Part shown: piece by piece, positions 52,079-64,000 of the stretch
How positions within the stretch are numbered: position 1 is the first letter of the stretch
Layout of the letters: every line of letters starts with the position of its first letter
From: Sphagnum compactum
Taxonomy: Eukaryota
Length of the DNA: 64,000 nt
Assembly (NCBI GenBank): GCA_965153455.1
Contig: OZ234493.1
Coordinates: forward strand, 32,540,213 to 32,604,212
Reading direction: 5' to 3'
The notes under the pieces: model-generated
What the model was told of the DNA's origin: nothing
The model's input: only the letters and a program-made list of their open reading frames with translations
The model's database searches: none
Translations under genes and position numbers: made by a program

Positions 52079-54127
52079 TTAGTGTAATTAGGAATGGCCT
52101 CACCCTCGCCCATTAGTTATGTTGGGTGCATCCGCTAGCTAGCTCGCCCTAACGGGCTTGCCTGGTTCCTTCTTTCTTACCTAACAGAATGGGCAGGGGC
52201 TTGAACCATTCCATAGTACACAAACAATGTAATATCATAGTACCTTTACTATTTTGGCATAAATTAATTAAATTATTTTTTGTTTTGTCGAACTTTTGAA
52301 AAATTATTATTTTTTATTTCTGCCAAAATTTTAATAAAATCAAGAGTTCAAACTGTCAAAGTTTTGAACCAAAGACCTTCCGTAACAGTGAGTGACTAAA
52401 GACTAAAAGCAGTCCAAACACACTAAACTGTTCAATATAATTGACTAGAAATTTGGTTATTATTTTGTATAACCATTATCTGTGGAAAATTTCAGAATAA
52501 AAAAAAGCCAATTTCAAATTTAATTAATTATTTGAAAATTGTTCCTGAAGTCATAAAAGTACTATGATATTTTATCTTTGGCTTTGGTTCTGTGTGTGCT
52601 GCCCAGAGAGTCATGAGTCCCAGAGGCAATCTAATCATTAAGTTCAATCTGGCCATAACTGGAATCATGAATTTTGGCTCTGGCAAATTGTCAGTGGGCA
52701 ATCTTTTGGCTCATTTATACACTAGTACCAACACCTCATGATCTCCATTACATGAGCATTGAGGAGGAGGTGGCCCTCTGATTGACTCCTACAAAGTTTT
52801 TGATGACCTTTTGCTGGTGGCCCATTGGCCATTGTGATATGGGTAAGTGTGATGAGCTGGGCTTGCAAAGCTTCTTTCTAAGAGTATGGAGATCATCAAC
52901 TCTTGGCATGAATAATATTTGTCAATAATTAATTGTTTGACACCACCCCCCCCCCCCCCGCCCAAAACTTCAGTGCTTACCCCCTCTTCATACCCTTTAG
53001 AAATTTCTGAGTTTGATGATCCCTCACAGCTTTGATAGCAAAATTTGCAATTGTTCTTGTGATTCAATTTGAGCCAACTTCTCAGATTTCAAAGTTCATG
53101 ACAACCCTAGAGATATTCCAAGTAGGGTTTTTTTTTTTAAAAATATTTTTCCTTCAATTTTGCAGTCTCACATTTTTGTAATTTTTTTTCCAAATTTTTA
53201 TCAATTTCTTTTTTTTATTTACACTTTTTTAAAATTCCATTTGTTTTGGTCACTACAATGCAAAATTCCCCAGGAAAAAATCCAACAAATATTTTGGGGA
53301 ATCTACTTGTGCCCACATGATTCAAAACTCCACAAGCTTTTTTAAACCAAGCAATAAAACTGCCCAATGACATTAAACAACAGCAGATAAATTTCAAGTG
53401 GCACATTATCAAGGTGAAATTTTTTTCCACCTCTTCTTCTTCTTCTTTTTTTCCTTTTTTTCCTGTGATACCCAGATATACCCAGAAAAAAATGGAAAAC
53501 AAACAAAAATTCTGCCTGTTCTTTAAGTTGGGTAATGCCCAAAGCTCATGGGGCATTACCCTAGCCATAAAGTGTCTTCTCACCATTGTTGGAGCTTGTC
53601 TATTTTAGGAGGTTCTTTTTCATGGATTGTCATGATCTCTATATTGATGACCACATTCCTGCAGAAAAGTTTCATAATTTTTATAGAGATTGGCACTTTC
53701 TAATGCTCTTTCTTTGACTTGGTGTAATCAGATTTGCTCTTGAGATTTCCAAGAATCCTTTCAAACAAAACTGTTCATGTGCACACCGTTTTTGCATAAA
53801 TCTAAACAGTTCATTGCAAGTTAAAACTGCAGAGACACTCAAAAAATAACTTAAGCAAAGGTGTTGGTGAGTGAAGTCACACTATCCCAGAGGCAACAAA
53901 TTCCCAGCTTTGGCGATCTATATAAGACTTTAGACTTATCCATAAAGTCACCCTCTGTGTCACCCCCTATCCCCTCTCAGTGGTATCTGCAAAGTAAGGA
54001 AATTTTATTAAATCTCAATATGCATTTAATGCATACAGTTCGCTAGTAGTTATAATAGTTGTACAGGCAGGAGCAGTGAAAATATATGTAGCAGCAGCGC
54101 AGGCGCTCAGGAAAAAGGAAACACGGA

Positions 54128-54515
54128 ATGAAACTCAGTGGCAAAACTAGTTTGGGTCCCAGCTATTTCCGTTCGTAAAATTTTCATTCCCAATTACGCA
54201 TTTGATGCCCTATTATGCCAAAACTGGCCGTTCTCGCCCCCTCATCGCATGACTTTACGAATAACTTTCTTATTAGATGAAAACCTCCAATCATCAATAA
54301 AACATGGGAAAAAGGAAACATGGGATGAAACTCAGTTTACCACCAAATTTGGTGGAAAAACTAGTTTGGGTCCCAGCTATTTCCTTTCGTAAAATTTTCG
54401 TTCCTAGTTACACGTTTGATGCCCTATTACGCCAAAACTGACCATTCTCACCCCCTAATCGCATGACTTTATGTATAACTTTATTAGTAGATGAAAACCT
54501 CCTATCATCAATAAA
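54128..54515 (+). repeat. Tandem duplication (~215-bp period)
   Basis: AAAACTAGTTTGGGTCCCAGCTATTTCC...GATGAAAACCTCC.ATCATCAATAAA present twice (~54143-54302 and ~54357-54515). Confidence 0.85.
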
Positions 54516-55143
54516 CAAAGCACCCAACCAAGGGGAAGAAAAAGTTACAAGATGGAAGGACCCAAGTGTTGGCAAAGGAAAAAAATCTTCCAAAGAGGGC
54601 AGACCACTAAAGGAACGGAAACAAATCAAGTACCCAAAAAGCATAAAGCACATTAATTAGATAAGGAGAGGGGAGGAACACACCAAAGAACACCTAGCTT
54701 AGAAGAACCCTCACCTAAAGTAAAAAAAAGCATGCCTCAAAATAGAAACCACCTGTGCTTGTTACAACACCACCAACACCCTCTACTTGTCAAGTGAACA
54801 CAAAATCGAAGTAGAAGAAGATTAGGGGATTTGAGTGTTGTGTAAAGCCCTTGGCTGGATTTTTAACACTACAAAGAGTTTATAAAATGGAATTTCCCTA
54901 GAGAGGGGTCAGGGCATTTTGGTTTATCATCGGGCATTTCGACCAATCATTGAGTGTTTCAGTTTTTCATTGGCCACCCATCCATCCATAGTATGGGTAC
55001 AAATTGGGGTCCAACCTATCTTTTAAGGATGCACATTTTGACCTTTCATCTTTGAACATACCGATATGTGATTGACTCAATTTAAACCACTTTTTCTTTT
55101 TTGTTTTGTTTTCTTTTCAACTTACAATTTCTTCACACTCTTA

Positions 55144-55360
55144 AGGTGCATTCACATGAGTGTTAAGGAGTTTAATATTAAGTCCCCTAACACCAACCAA
55201 GCTAATCGTTTAGAACATAAACCTATTTACCTCGAAGATTTTATGTTAAGTTAACATTCACTTAATATTAAAACAATCACCCATTTAACATCGATTGCCA
55301 CCTAAGATGCCACCTAGATTTTCACTTAACATGGACTTAACATTAGGTGTGAATGTGCCT
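55144..55360. mobile_element. Tourist/PIF-Harbinger-like MITE
   Basis: TIRs AGGTGCATTCACA..GTGTTAAG / CTTAACAT..TGTGAATGTGCCT; perfect TTA duplication on both sides. Confidence 0.7.
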
Positions 55361-56451
55361 TTAGTACTTCAGTTGATATGAAGCTGTACTTAACATAGTT
55401 TCCAGAATCTTATGTTCACAATCTGGCACCAGACAGAGTTGTAGCTACTACCACTATAAAGGGTCAAGGGCATCCAAAGACCTGGCTATGGTGGGGAACC
55501 CTAAAATGAATGGTTGGCACTTTCAACTTTCAAGAACCACATGAGCTTCCTTCCTTCTCAAGGAAAGTAATTCTGCTTCCTACCCATGTGGAGCTTTCTA
55601 GGGTTCCTTCCAATGTTGGGTCTAGAATCCACTTTGCCAGCCTGCTCCTGGAATTGGATTCTTAGTGTTCTTTTTTCCCATACCAGGCTGGTACTGGCAT
55701 TGGGTACCTCTTAAACCCTAAACCCTAAACCCCTTACCAATACCAGTCTGGTCTTGGCATTGGGTACCTCTTAAACCCTAAACCCTTGTACCCAATACCA
55801 GTCTGGTCTTGGTATTGGGTACAAAGACTGATTTTTTGGGCTGGTATGAAGTAGGGGTATAGAATATACCAGGGTGGGACGGGTATTAAAACTGCGGCCA
55901 CTCCCACCGGGTGTCGGTCTGGTGGGTATCCGAGTTGATATCCACGTTTATCCAAAATGTCAAGCACCCACTTCTGGCAGATAACCATGGTTATTAAAAC
56001 TCAAATGACTGGTTTATTATACATAACCATGGTTCCCAATTTATTTTATTTTGAAAAAGTCAGATAATCACCTACAAACACGTCAGGTATTTGTCGGTTC
56101 TTTCATGAAACCCGATGGTTCTCTTTGATTTTTTAAAAAAAATAGCCCAAACCGACGGTTCTTTCGATCCCCAGTTTTCTCAAGATCCCCAGTTTTCTCA
56201 AATACCGGGACCCAGTGGCTCTTCGACTCTGGATGTTTGGGTATACGTACTCAGAACTGATGGTTCTTTGATTTTGGGTTTTTTTTTATACCCAGAACTT
56301 GACGGTTATTACAAAAAAAGAGCAAATATCCACCTCCACACTGCTCTACACCTGATATTTGAGACTGGTATAAAAATCGGTACAAGGCTGGTATTACCTC
56401 GGGTCTGTCTGTAGTCCACCTCCCTACCCGGCGGGTAGAGTAGGGGTATAA

Positions 56452-56723
56452 GAGCATCTCCACCAACGCTTAGTATGAGACCGTGAACTGGATGGAAATA
56501 TACACAGTCAAATCATATTTATCGACTGCTCCGTGTTTCTGATTGGGTAAATAGTTTGATTGGTCCAAGTGAGTTGCTATGAGAAACATGTCTCCCTTCC
56601 TACTACGTACTTGCAGTCCCAGTTTCAGTTTTATGGGTGAAGTTGGAAAAAAAAGTTAGTAACTAAAACTTGGATGTGAGACATGTTTGGAGGGTCACAT
56701 ACTAAGCGTTCCTGGAGATACTC
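56452..56723. mobile_element. Tourist/PIF-Harbinger-like MITE
   Basis: ~31-bp TIRs GAGCATCTCCACCAACGCTTAGTATGAGACC / GGTCACATACTAAGCGTTCCTGGAGATACTC; GAGCATCTCCA is a typical Tourist terminus; flanks TAA/TGA. Confidence 0.75.
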
Positions 56724-59294
56724 TGACTGTCTAAAGCAGCGAGTTTGCCTCAGCTCAAACCACACTGGTAGGGTCCTTGATACCACCAGGCCTACTATAT
56801 CTACCAGACCAACACTGACTGGCTGGCTGGCTCCTTCCACCCCAATTTCTGGCTGCATCTTTTGCTTGATTAGCAGCTTGCAACGGTCTCCAGATGTCAG
56901 GAACCATGAAGGAGTCAATCTACTTTGGATTCTTTTACTGTTTCATTGAACAATAACCAATGCATAGAAAGTAAGTATGTAGCAAGTTGTTATTGTTGCT
57001 CACATACAAACAACCCTAAACTCTTAACTGCTGTTTTTTTTGGGGTTTTTTTTCCCCCATTTTGTGATGTTGGTCAAGTGGGTGCTCATCCATAAGACAA
57101 TTTAGCCAAATATGGCGATAAGGAAAACATCTGGAATTTTTTTAAAAAAAATCTAGCATCCTTGTATATATTTTGCTATCTGCTGAAACTTAGGATAGAA
57201 TCTGGGAAAAAAAAAAAGTTAGAACAATTATATTTATTTAAAAATTTTGACAACTTAAAAAAATCTAAAAACACGAAAATTTTGCCAATTTGGGGGAAAA
57301 AAAAAACGTTAAAATTTCACCAAAGAAAACACTACTCTCAACACAAGCCTCAACATGGTTGTTGAAAGTTGAAACAAAAGTGATGGGATTGAGGCCACAT
57401 AGAAAATGCAAGTCAAATGGTGGGCTCCTACTTTAGGTACCCACCCAATCATATATTTATGATGGGATCCCCAGTTCGGGCACTTTTTATGTACGAGAAG
57501 TAGGACTGAATTTGGTCGGGCTGGCCCTCCAAATTCACAAACAATCAATCATACGTATGCCACCCAACAACATAGGGTCCCTCCCTTGTGTGCCCCCACA
57601 CTTGTCCATTGACTCAAATTTGGGTGTATCCCTCCAAAGCCACCAAGAATAAAGCATATGTTTGCCACAACAAAAGGCATAGGGTCCCTTGTGCCCACCC
57701 ACAATTGTCCATTGACTTCAACTTTGGGGGCATAGTTTGTTTTTCCATCCTTACAAAGGACATTGGATGCCTATTTTTTGGTACCCACCAGGACAATGCC
57801 AACCAAAACAAAATCCCCTTTGCACGACATTCGAATATACTTACTCCCCTCTCACACACTTCACATTTCACAAGTTGTAAACTTAACTCCAAACAAATTT
57901 CAATTACCTTTACTCCAAACTAGGTACATATCACTTACAACAAATTTTTCCAATCTTCATGACAACTCTATAAACTATTTATCAAAATCTATTTTGATAT
58001 TAATATCCATGAAAGTTTTCAAACATAGCATAGAAAACCCAAAAAAAAACTTTAATGCAAGACCAATTGTGGTTGCTCTATTTGTTTGAAGGAACAAACA
58101 AAATAATTTGATGAAATTTCTTTTCATAATCAAGCACGCAAGCTTTTCCTTTTGTAGAAACTAGTTAGTAATGCTTCTAGAAAAACTTACACATTACATG
58201 TATGGTTTGCAATTTGGCCACATCAAATGGGAAATAAATTATGGTAACAATGGTTCATTAGAGCTTAGTTTAAATAGCATAACTCTGGGTTTTATAAATC
58301 ACAATTGCTACTTAAGCAATTCCAAACTAAAATTTGTTTAACCCACTTTCAAGTAAAGGCATGAAAAGGTGTCTTTTGGATATGTGTCTTTTTTAGGGTT
58401 TTTTTTTCAACACCATTTTCACAAGCAAATTTTCAATACCTTTTCCACCAATTTGTATCCCGTTTTCTACAATTGAATTCTAATTTAATTATTGAATTGA
58501 ATTTAGTTGAAGTGAAATTGAATTTAATTTAATTTGATTCAATTGAATTAAAATTCAGTTCAATGTATTTGATTTCAATTTAATCCAATTCAATTTGCAT
58601 CCAATTTATTTCAATTCAATGCAATTCAAGTTGAATGTAACATCATTAAATATTTTCATTCAAATGGAATTTAATTTTCACAATTCATTTTTTTCATCTA
58701 TTGATCAATTTATCATATTAGGTTCTGATGTTTCGACTTTCAATCATTAGTCTAAATTTAGCTAACACAAATGATAGTAAAGGTAGGTGAAGGTCAAATG
58801 CTAGTTGTTATTATGGTGGATTGTGAATCTAGGTGATGATAAATTAGATGTTTTAGTTTAAGACAAGAAAACAACAACGAACAAATGAATTAAAAAACGT
58901 TAGGAAAAAATATGTTACCAAGGTTTAATGTTTATACACAATTTTGACATGCATGATGACATTGAATTGTTAAACTTTGATGTCATGAAAATGTTAGTTA
59001 TATTGAAATCATGTTTGATGAAAATGGGTGCATGGTGGGAAAAATTTGAAAATAATAAGAACCATCATAAAGAATTGCTGAAAATGGTAACATTGCAAGA
59101 CTATAAAAACTTGGACAAAATTCATATTTATAATGTTATGTAATTTGTATATTTTTATAAATTCAAACAATTAAGGTTAGGTTTTAATTTCACCAACAAA
59201 TTAATCGATATGGAAACATATATAGTTAATGCTTCCATTCATTTATTCATTGTGGTAAACTTGAAATGGTTATATGTCTACAATGAATTGTGAT

Positions 59295-60195
59295 TTCATG
59301 TTAACCTAGGTTTTACCTAGTTTAACTTTAGTTAACCTAAATTTAACTTAAATCTAACCTTCGATAGCTTAGGATTCATGTTGGTTATCCCAATTTTAGC
59401 CTAGGTTTAATGTTGGTTTTAACCTTGTTTAGTTTATGTTTAGCTTTGATTAGCCAAGGTTTTGCTTTGGTGAATTTAATATAGGATAGGTTTAATCTAA
59501 TTCACTTTTGATTACCCTTGGTTTAGCCTTAATTTAGTTTTTCTTGACCTAAGTTTAATATTGATTAACCTAGGTTTAACACAATTTTAACTTTGATTAA
59601 TTTAGGTTTAACTTAAATTTAAGTTTGATTAATTTAACTTATATAGCCATAACTTATATTGGGTTAACCTATGATACCCTATGAAGTTTAGGTCATGTTA
59701 GGGAGCCTTAGGACTAACCTAAGTTAATTTTGGTCAACCTAGGTATTTTAATGTGTCCTAGGTTAAGCTTATGTTACTAGCTTAAATGGACCCATATTAG
59801 TTTATGTTAAATTAGGTTAACATATATACTATGTTTATGTTAATTTAATTAGGCCTAAAATAATTTAGGTTAGCATAGGTTTACCTAAATAGGCTAAATT
59901 AAACCTAACTTAACTAAGGTACATACATTTTTTTAGTTAGGTTGTATTAAGTTATTGTTTGTATTTCTATTGTGGGTAGTTTTGTTAACTAAAAAAAGTT
60001 GTGATGCAATGGTTAAATACTTGTAACCTAAGTAAATGGCTTAGTTGACCTAAGATCCTTATGTAGGTAACTCACCTAGGCTTCACTTAAGTTTGTTTTT
60101 TTAACTTAAGTAACTTAGGTTGGCTTCTTAAATTAGGCCTCCTAGCTTAGACCACTTAAGTTAAGTCACTTAACCTTACTTGACTAGGTTAGTGT
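59295..60195. repeat. Low-complexity array of degenerate palindromic AACCTAGGTT units
   Basis: Dozens of AACCTAGGTT/AACTTAAGTT variants. Confidence 0.7.
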
Positions 60196-60948
60196 TGCCA
60201 TGTGGCATCACACAATTGAACCAAAAAATTCATTTGTCAACTCTAAGTTGCCACATGGTAGTTCAAAAACAAGTAATATGGTGAAATCATGAATCAATGA
60301 GCCAATATGTTTGTTTCAAAGGACTATAGTCCTTTTGTCAAAAAAATGTTTTTTGTAGAAAGGAATTTTTTTTTTAAATTTTAATTTTTTACTTAGTATA
60401 GTTTACCCAATATATCACATGTTCATGGTTAATCATATTTTAATGAATATGATTTTTAAAAATACAAGATTTTGCACTATATTTTCAAAATGAACATAAT
60501 TTCAAATCATGCCAAAACATATTAACTACTTTGAGGTTTAATCTTTATCTTATAAGCTACAACTTTGTTTTAAACACCATTTGCATTGCATCACATTCAC
60601 ATGTCAAAAAAAACCTTGTGAACATCGAGTAGACCCAAATTTCATATTTTTGGGTAAAAACATCAAGTTATAGATTCCTTATATTTTGAGTGTTTTTTTA
60701 TGTGTGTCTAATAGTCCCTTATTATTAAAAAAATCAACATCAATGAATTTGTATAATATGAAAATCAAAGGCCCTTTTGTGAACTGGTAATATTTACTAA
60801 AACATTTACTCAACTTTAAGGGTTTTTTCCTCAAATCAAAACTCCAAATCAAAAGATCCAATGATTCAATTTAGATTTCCTCAACATCCCTATTAGTTAT
60901 AAAACACAACTTGCCATGACTAACATGTTATTAAAATGGCACCACATA

Positions 60949-60994
<46 letters not shown>

Positions 60995-63549
60995 GTTTTG
61001 AACATGATTTGACATCATTTTTTGCTCATTGTTTCTTGTTTTACCCAATAAGTTCTTTAATATGGTCAAGGTTGCCATGTGAAAATTATCTAGCGAAATG
61101 TGTCACTATCCAAAACGACCAAACATGGTTTCATTAAAATTGTCTTAATCAATTAGTACTTTTGCATTAAAACCAACTAAGTCCAAAAATAGTGAAAATA
61201 CCCATTTTATCTACTATCTTATTAGATTTTGATAGTGGAAATGTCAAGATTTCTTATTGTGAATGATAATCATTGTTAGTTAGTGACAATATTTTGTATC
61301 AAGTTGAACAAACTTTATCATGTGCCACACAAAAACATATTACAAACTCTCCTAAAACATTCAACACAATAATATTATCAAAATAACACCAAATCAATTC
61401 TTTTTCCAAAATAATTCCAAATATTTTATGTCTACATTTGAAAATTTCACAACTATTATGTAAAATGCATGATATCTTGAAATTGAAATTGACAGTTTAT
61501 TAAATCAAGTTTTAAAAGTTGTATTTAAATCAATATACTTTGATATCCCAAAAATAAATAAAAATTACTTCAATGAATTTACATTGTTGCTACCATTATT
61601 TGAAAGCCCCAATTTTTGTAAAACATTCATTTTTTGTATTTATTTAATGAAATTTTCACCCATTTGTTAAACAATATTTTATGCATTAACATATGTATTA
61701 CTAAATGTTGGTCCTTCCACCATAATAAAGAATTTACAAAGTTATCTATATTGTAATTCCAAATGTCCTCAACTATCTACTCGTGTGTTTATATTTCCTT
61801 CTTTTAGGAAACTTCCATGGATTCAAAAAATGAGTTTATTTTCCTCCTATTTATTTTGATAAATCATGTGTAATTGCATGAACTTCATATTCATCTAATC
61901 ATGCCTCCACATATTGCTCCAAATACACATATACATTGTACACAACCTATTTAATTTCCCTTTTCATTTATTTATGTCTTTTAAAAAATTTCCCAAAATG
62001 ACCTTAAATAGGCACTTCTTCTGATTATTTTCATTAAAGTAACATTGAAATAATGATGAACTTTTTTAATAAGACCCCCCCCCCCCCCCGCCCCCCTCAA
62101 CCACCACACAAATATAAGTTCCATTGTTTTTAATTATTTCGCATCACACAATTACACACAATTACCACATTGTCAAGTCACAAACTATAATCATTTGCAA
62201 TAATAAATTTGCAATAATGTCAATTAAATTGTCACAACCTTTGTAACAATTTGATTTGTACTTCAAGGTGTGTTTTTTTTCAATTCCTCCGTAGCGATGT
62301 AGATGTTTAATATGAATCGGTTTCAATGGTTTTAAAGCCTTTCAATTTCAACCATAGATGTCAACCATAGAAAACTATTTCCAAATTTTGTCATGTTTTT
62401 TTAATTTCATATGTTTTAGTTTCAAATCAAGTATTGAAAATACATAAGAAGGTTAGATAATTATTTGATAAATGGGTACGAGGTAGGGGGTAAGTATGTA
62501 AACATAAGAGGTAGGTGGGTTGTAGGAGGTAAGTATGTAGGTTGTAGGCTAATAGGTGGGAGGTAGGATGGTAAATTGTTATGTACCTGAAGTATGTAGG
62601 CCTAGGTTGCTTATTAGTTAGCATACAACATTTCATTTTATTAGAAAACCATTGACCATCTTAACCAAGGATGTTATTATTTATGTCCAACTTGACTAGA
62701 TGTCCCATTTAACTATGATAACCCAATGGGCATTTTAATTTTAAGGTGATTGTGTTTTTGTTCAACTTTTGATTTGACATATAATCAAAGTCATTTTAGT
62801 CAAGTGATTGGTCAAAAAATACACATGCCATTCAAGCCTTAAAACTTAAGTCAAAATGTACATGTTCACCAATCAAGAAGGATGATTCAATTAACTTAGA
62901 TAACTTTAAAAATCATATTTTATAATAGTTTGGCAAATTATGTTAATATTATCACATTAGACATTATATTTTCATTCTTCATCAAAGCTAATTGTGTTAT
63001 ATTTAAAGTGACCAAATTCAAACAACAACCAATCCAATGTATTTATAATATCCAAGCTAGTGTTAATGATGAAAAGGGATATTACATTTAGTGTTGTACA
63101 TACAAGTAACAAGCATGGCCTATTAAATTTTGAGCTTGATAAAGAACCTTAAAGATCATAATTTGTGCCACATTTGATGCTTTCCCATATGACCAAAAGT
63201 GAGCTAGAAATTCTTAGTGTATAAAAATGGTATGAAGAGAAAATGCACATAAATATCTACCATATGGATAGAAGGGATTTCGATTTGTACCTTAAGTTTT
63301 TCTCCAAGTTCGTTATCAAATAGTTGCTCGTGGGCCTCTCATATAACTAAGCATGCTCAAACCATGTTACAATAGTCACATTTTATTTGGTGAAAATAAA
63401 TACAAGGCTTCAATCTTACGCTTGCATTCTCCATTATGAAGAGAACTATGGAGAATGCTTGATCTTGAGTTGGATGAACATGATTCCATATTTATATGTA
63501 ATCCTTGGTCATCAAATCATCCATCAACCCAATCAAGTTGGTTGGACCT

Positions 63550-63754
63550 TTGGTGTTAAAAAGACATGAGAAGAGGGTCTAGAATCTAGACTAATACAAT
63601 ATAAAATGGCCCATACTAGCTTGAAATAGAATCTAGATAGGCCAATAGGTCTACAATCTAGACCAATACAACATTAGTCTAAATTCTAGACCCTCTTCTT
63701 TTGTCTTCTTGACACCAATGGTCTAGATTCCATATCAAGCTAGTATGGGGCCAT
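63550..63754. repeat. Two interleaved inverted repeats (A-B-A'-B')
   Basis: A 63550-63595 pairs with A' 63673-63718; B 63606-63637 pairs with B' 63722-63754. Confidence 0.75.
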
Positions 63755-64000
63755 TCAAGAATTAGTAAATTTGTTATCAAATGAAAAATAATATGATGTT
63801 TGTTTTATATTTTTTCTTATTAGTTTGATAAGATTTAATTAAAAAAATTACAATCCTATTTGGTACTATTATTAGAGTCTTTTGAGATGTTTAACCAAAA
63901 TATGGATACTATTATGACAAATGAAATTCAATTGCACATAAGTAAAAAACGATAAAATGTACTTAATAAGTTATAGCAACGTATTTGAATAATGAAAAAC

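Noticed and set aside
51207-58089. Short ORFs in this interval as protein-coding genes
   Set aside because: No recognisable domains, many start at GTG/TTG, several overlap MITEs or simple repeats, and no consistent exon chain could be built.
1-64000. tRNA, rRNA or autonomous intact transposase/RepHel genes
   Set aside because: None recognised by eye; tRNAscan-SE/Infernal and HMM searches would be needed to exclude them formally.

Overview
Eukaryotic, intron-rich, AT-rich land-plant genomic DNA. A bryophyte or moss origin is my inference and cannot be confirmed here. Most entries in the ORF track are spurious or are single exons. Three intact spliced genes can be assembled by hand: a 5-exon LISCL/SCL14-type GRAS transcription factor (minus, 1515-5627, ~788 aa), a 14-exon ALF4/glomulin-like gene (minus, 17116-22145, ~655 aa) and a 6-exon GILT thiol reductase (plus, 35553-39277, ~232 aa). 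The intergenic DNA holds decayed DNA transposons (pogo/DDE_1, MULE-SWIM with a nested CACTA-like insert, a hAT remnant), MITEs, short non-autonomous Helitron-like repeats and minisatellites. The most striking structure is a ~5.5 kb non-autonomous Helitron-like element (44021-49518; A|TC...hairpin-CTAG|T). It carries a mosaic of genomic fragments from at least four unrelated host genes: WEB/DUF827, SEC14/SFH, an AVT6-like amino-acid transporter and a DsbA/HCCA-isomerase/GST-kappa-like gene. It also has two apparently bypassed 3' termini, a 39-bp duplication flanking one inverted fragment and a head-to-tail junction to further 5' termini. No rRNA, tRNA or CRISPR array is supported.
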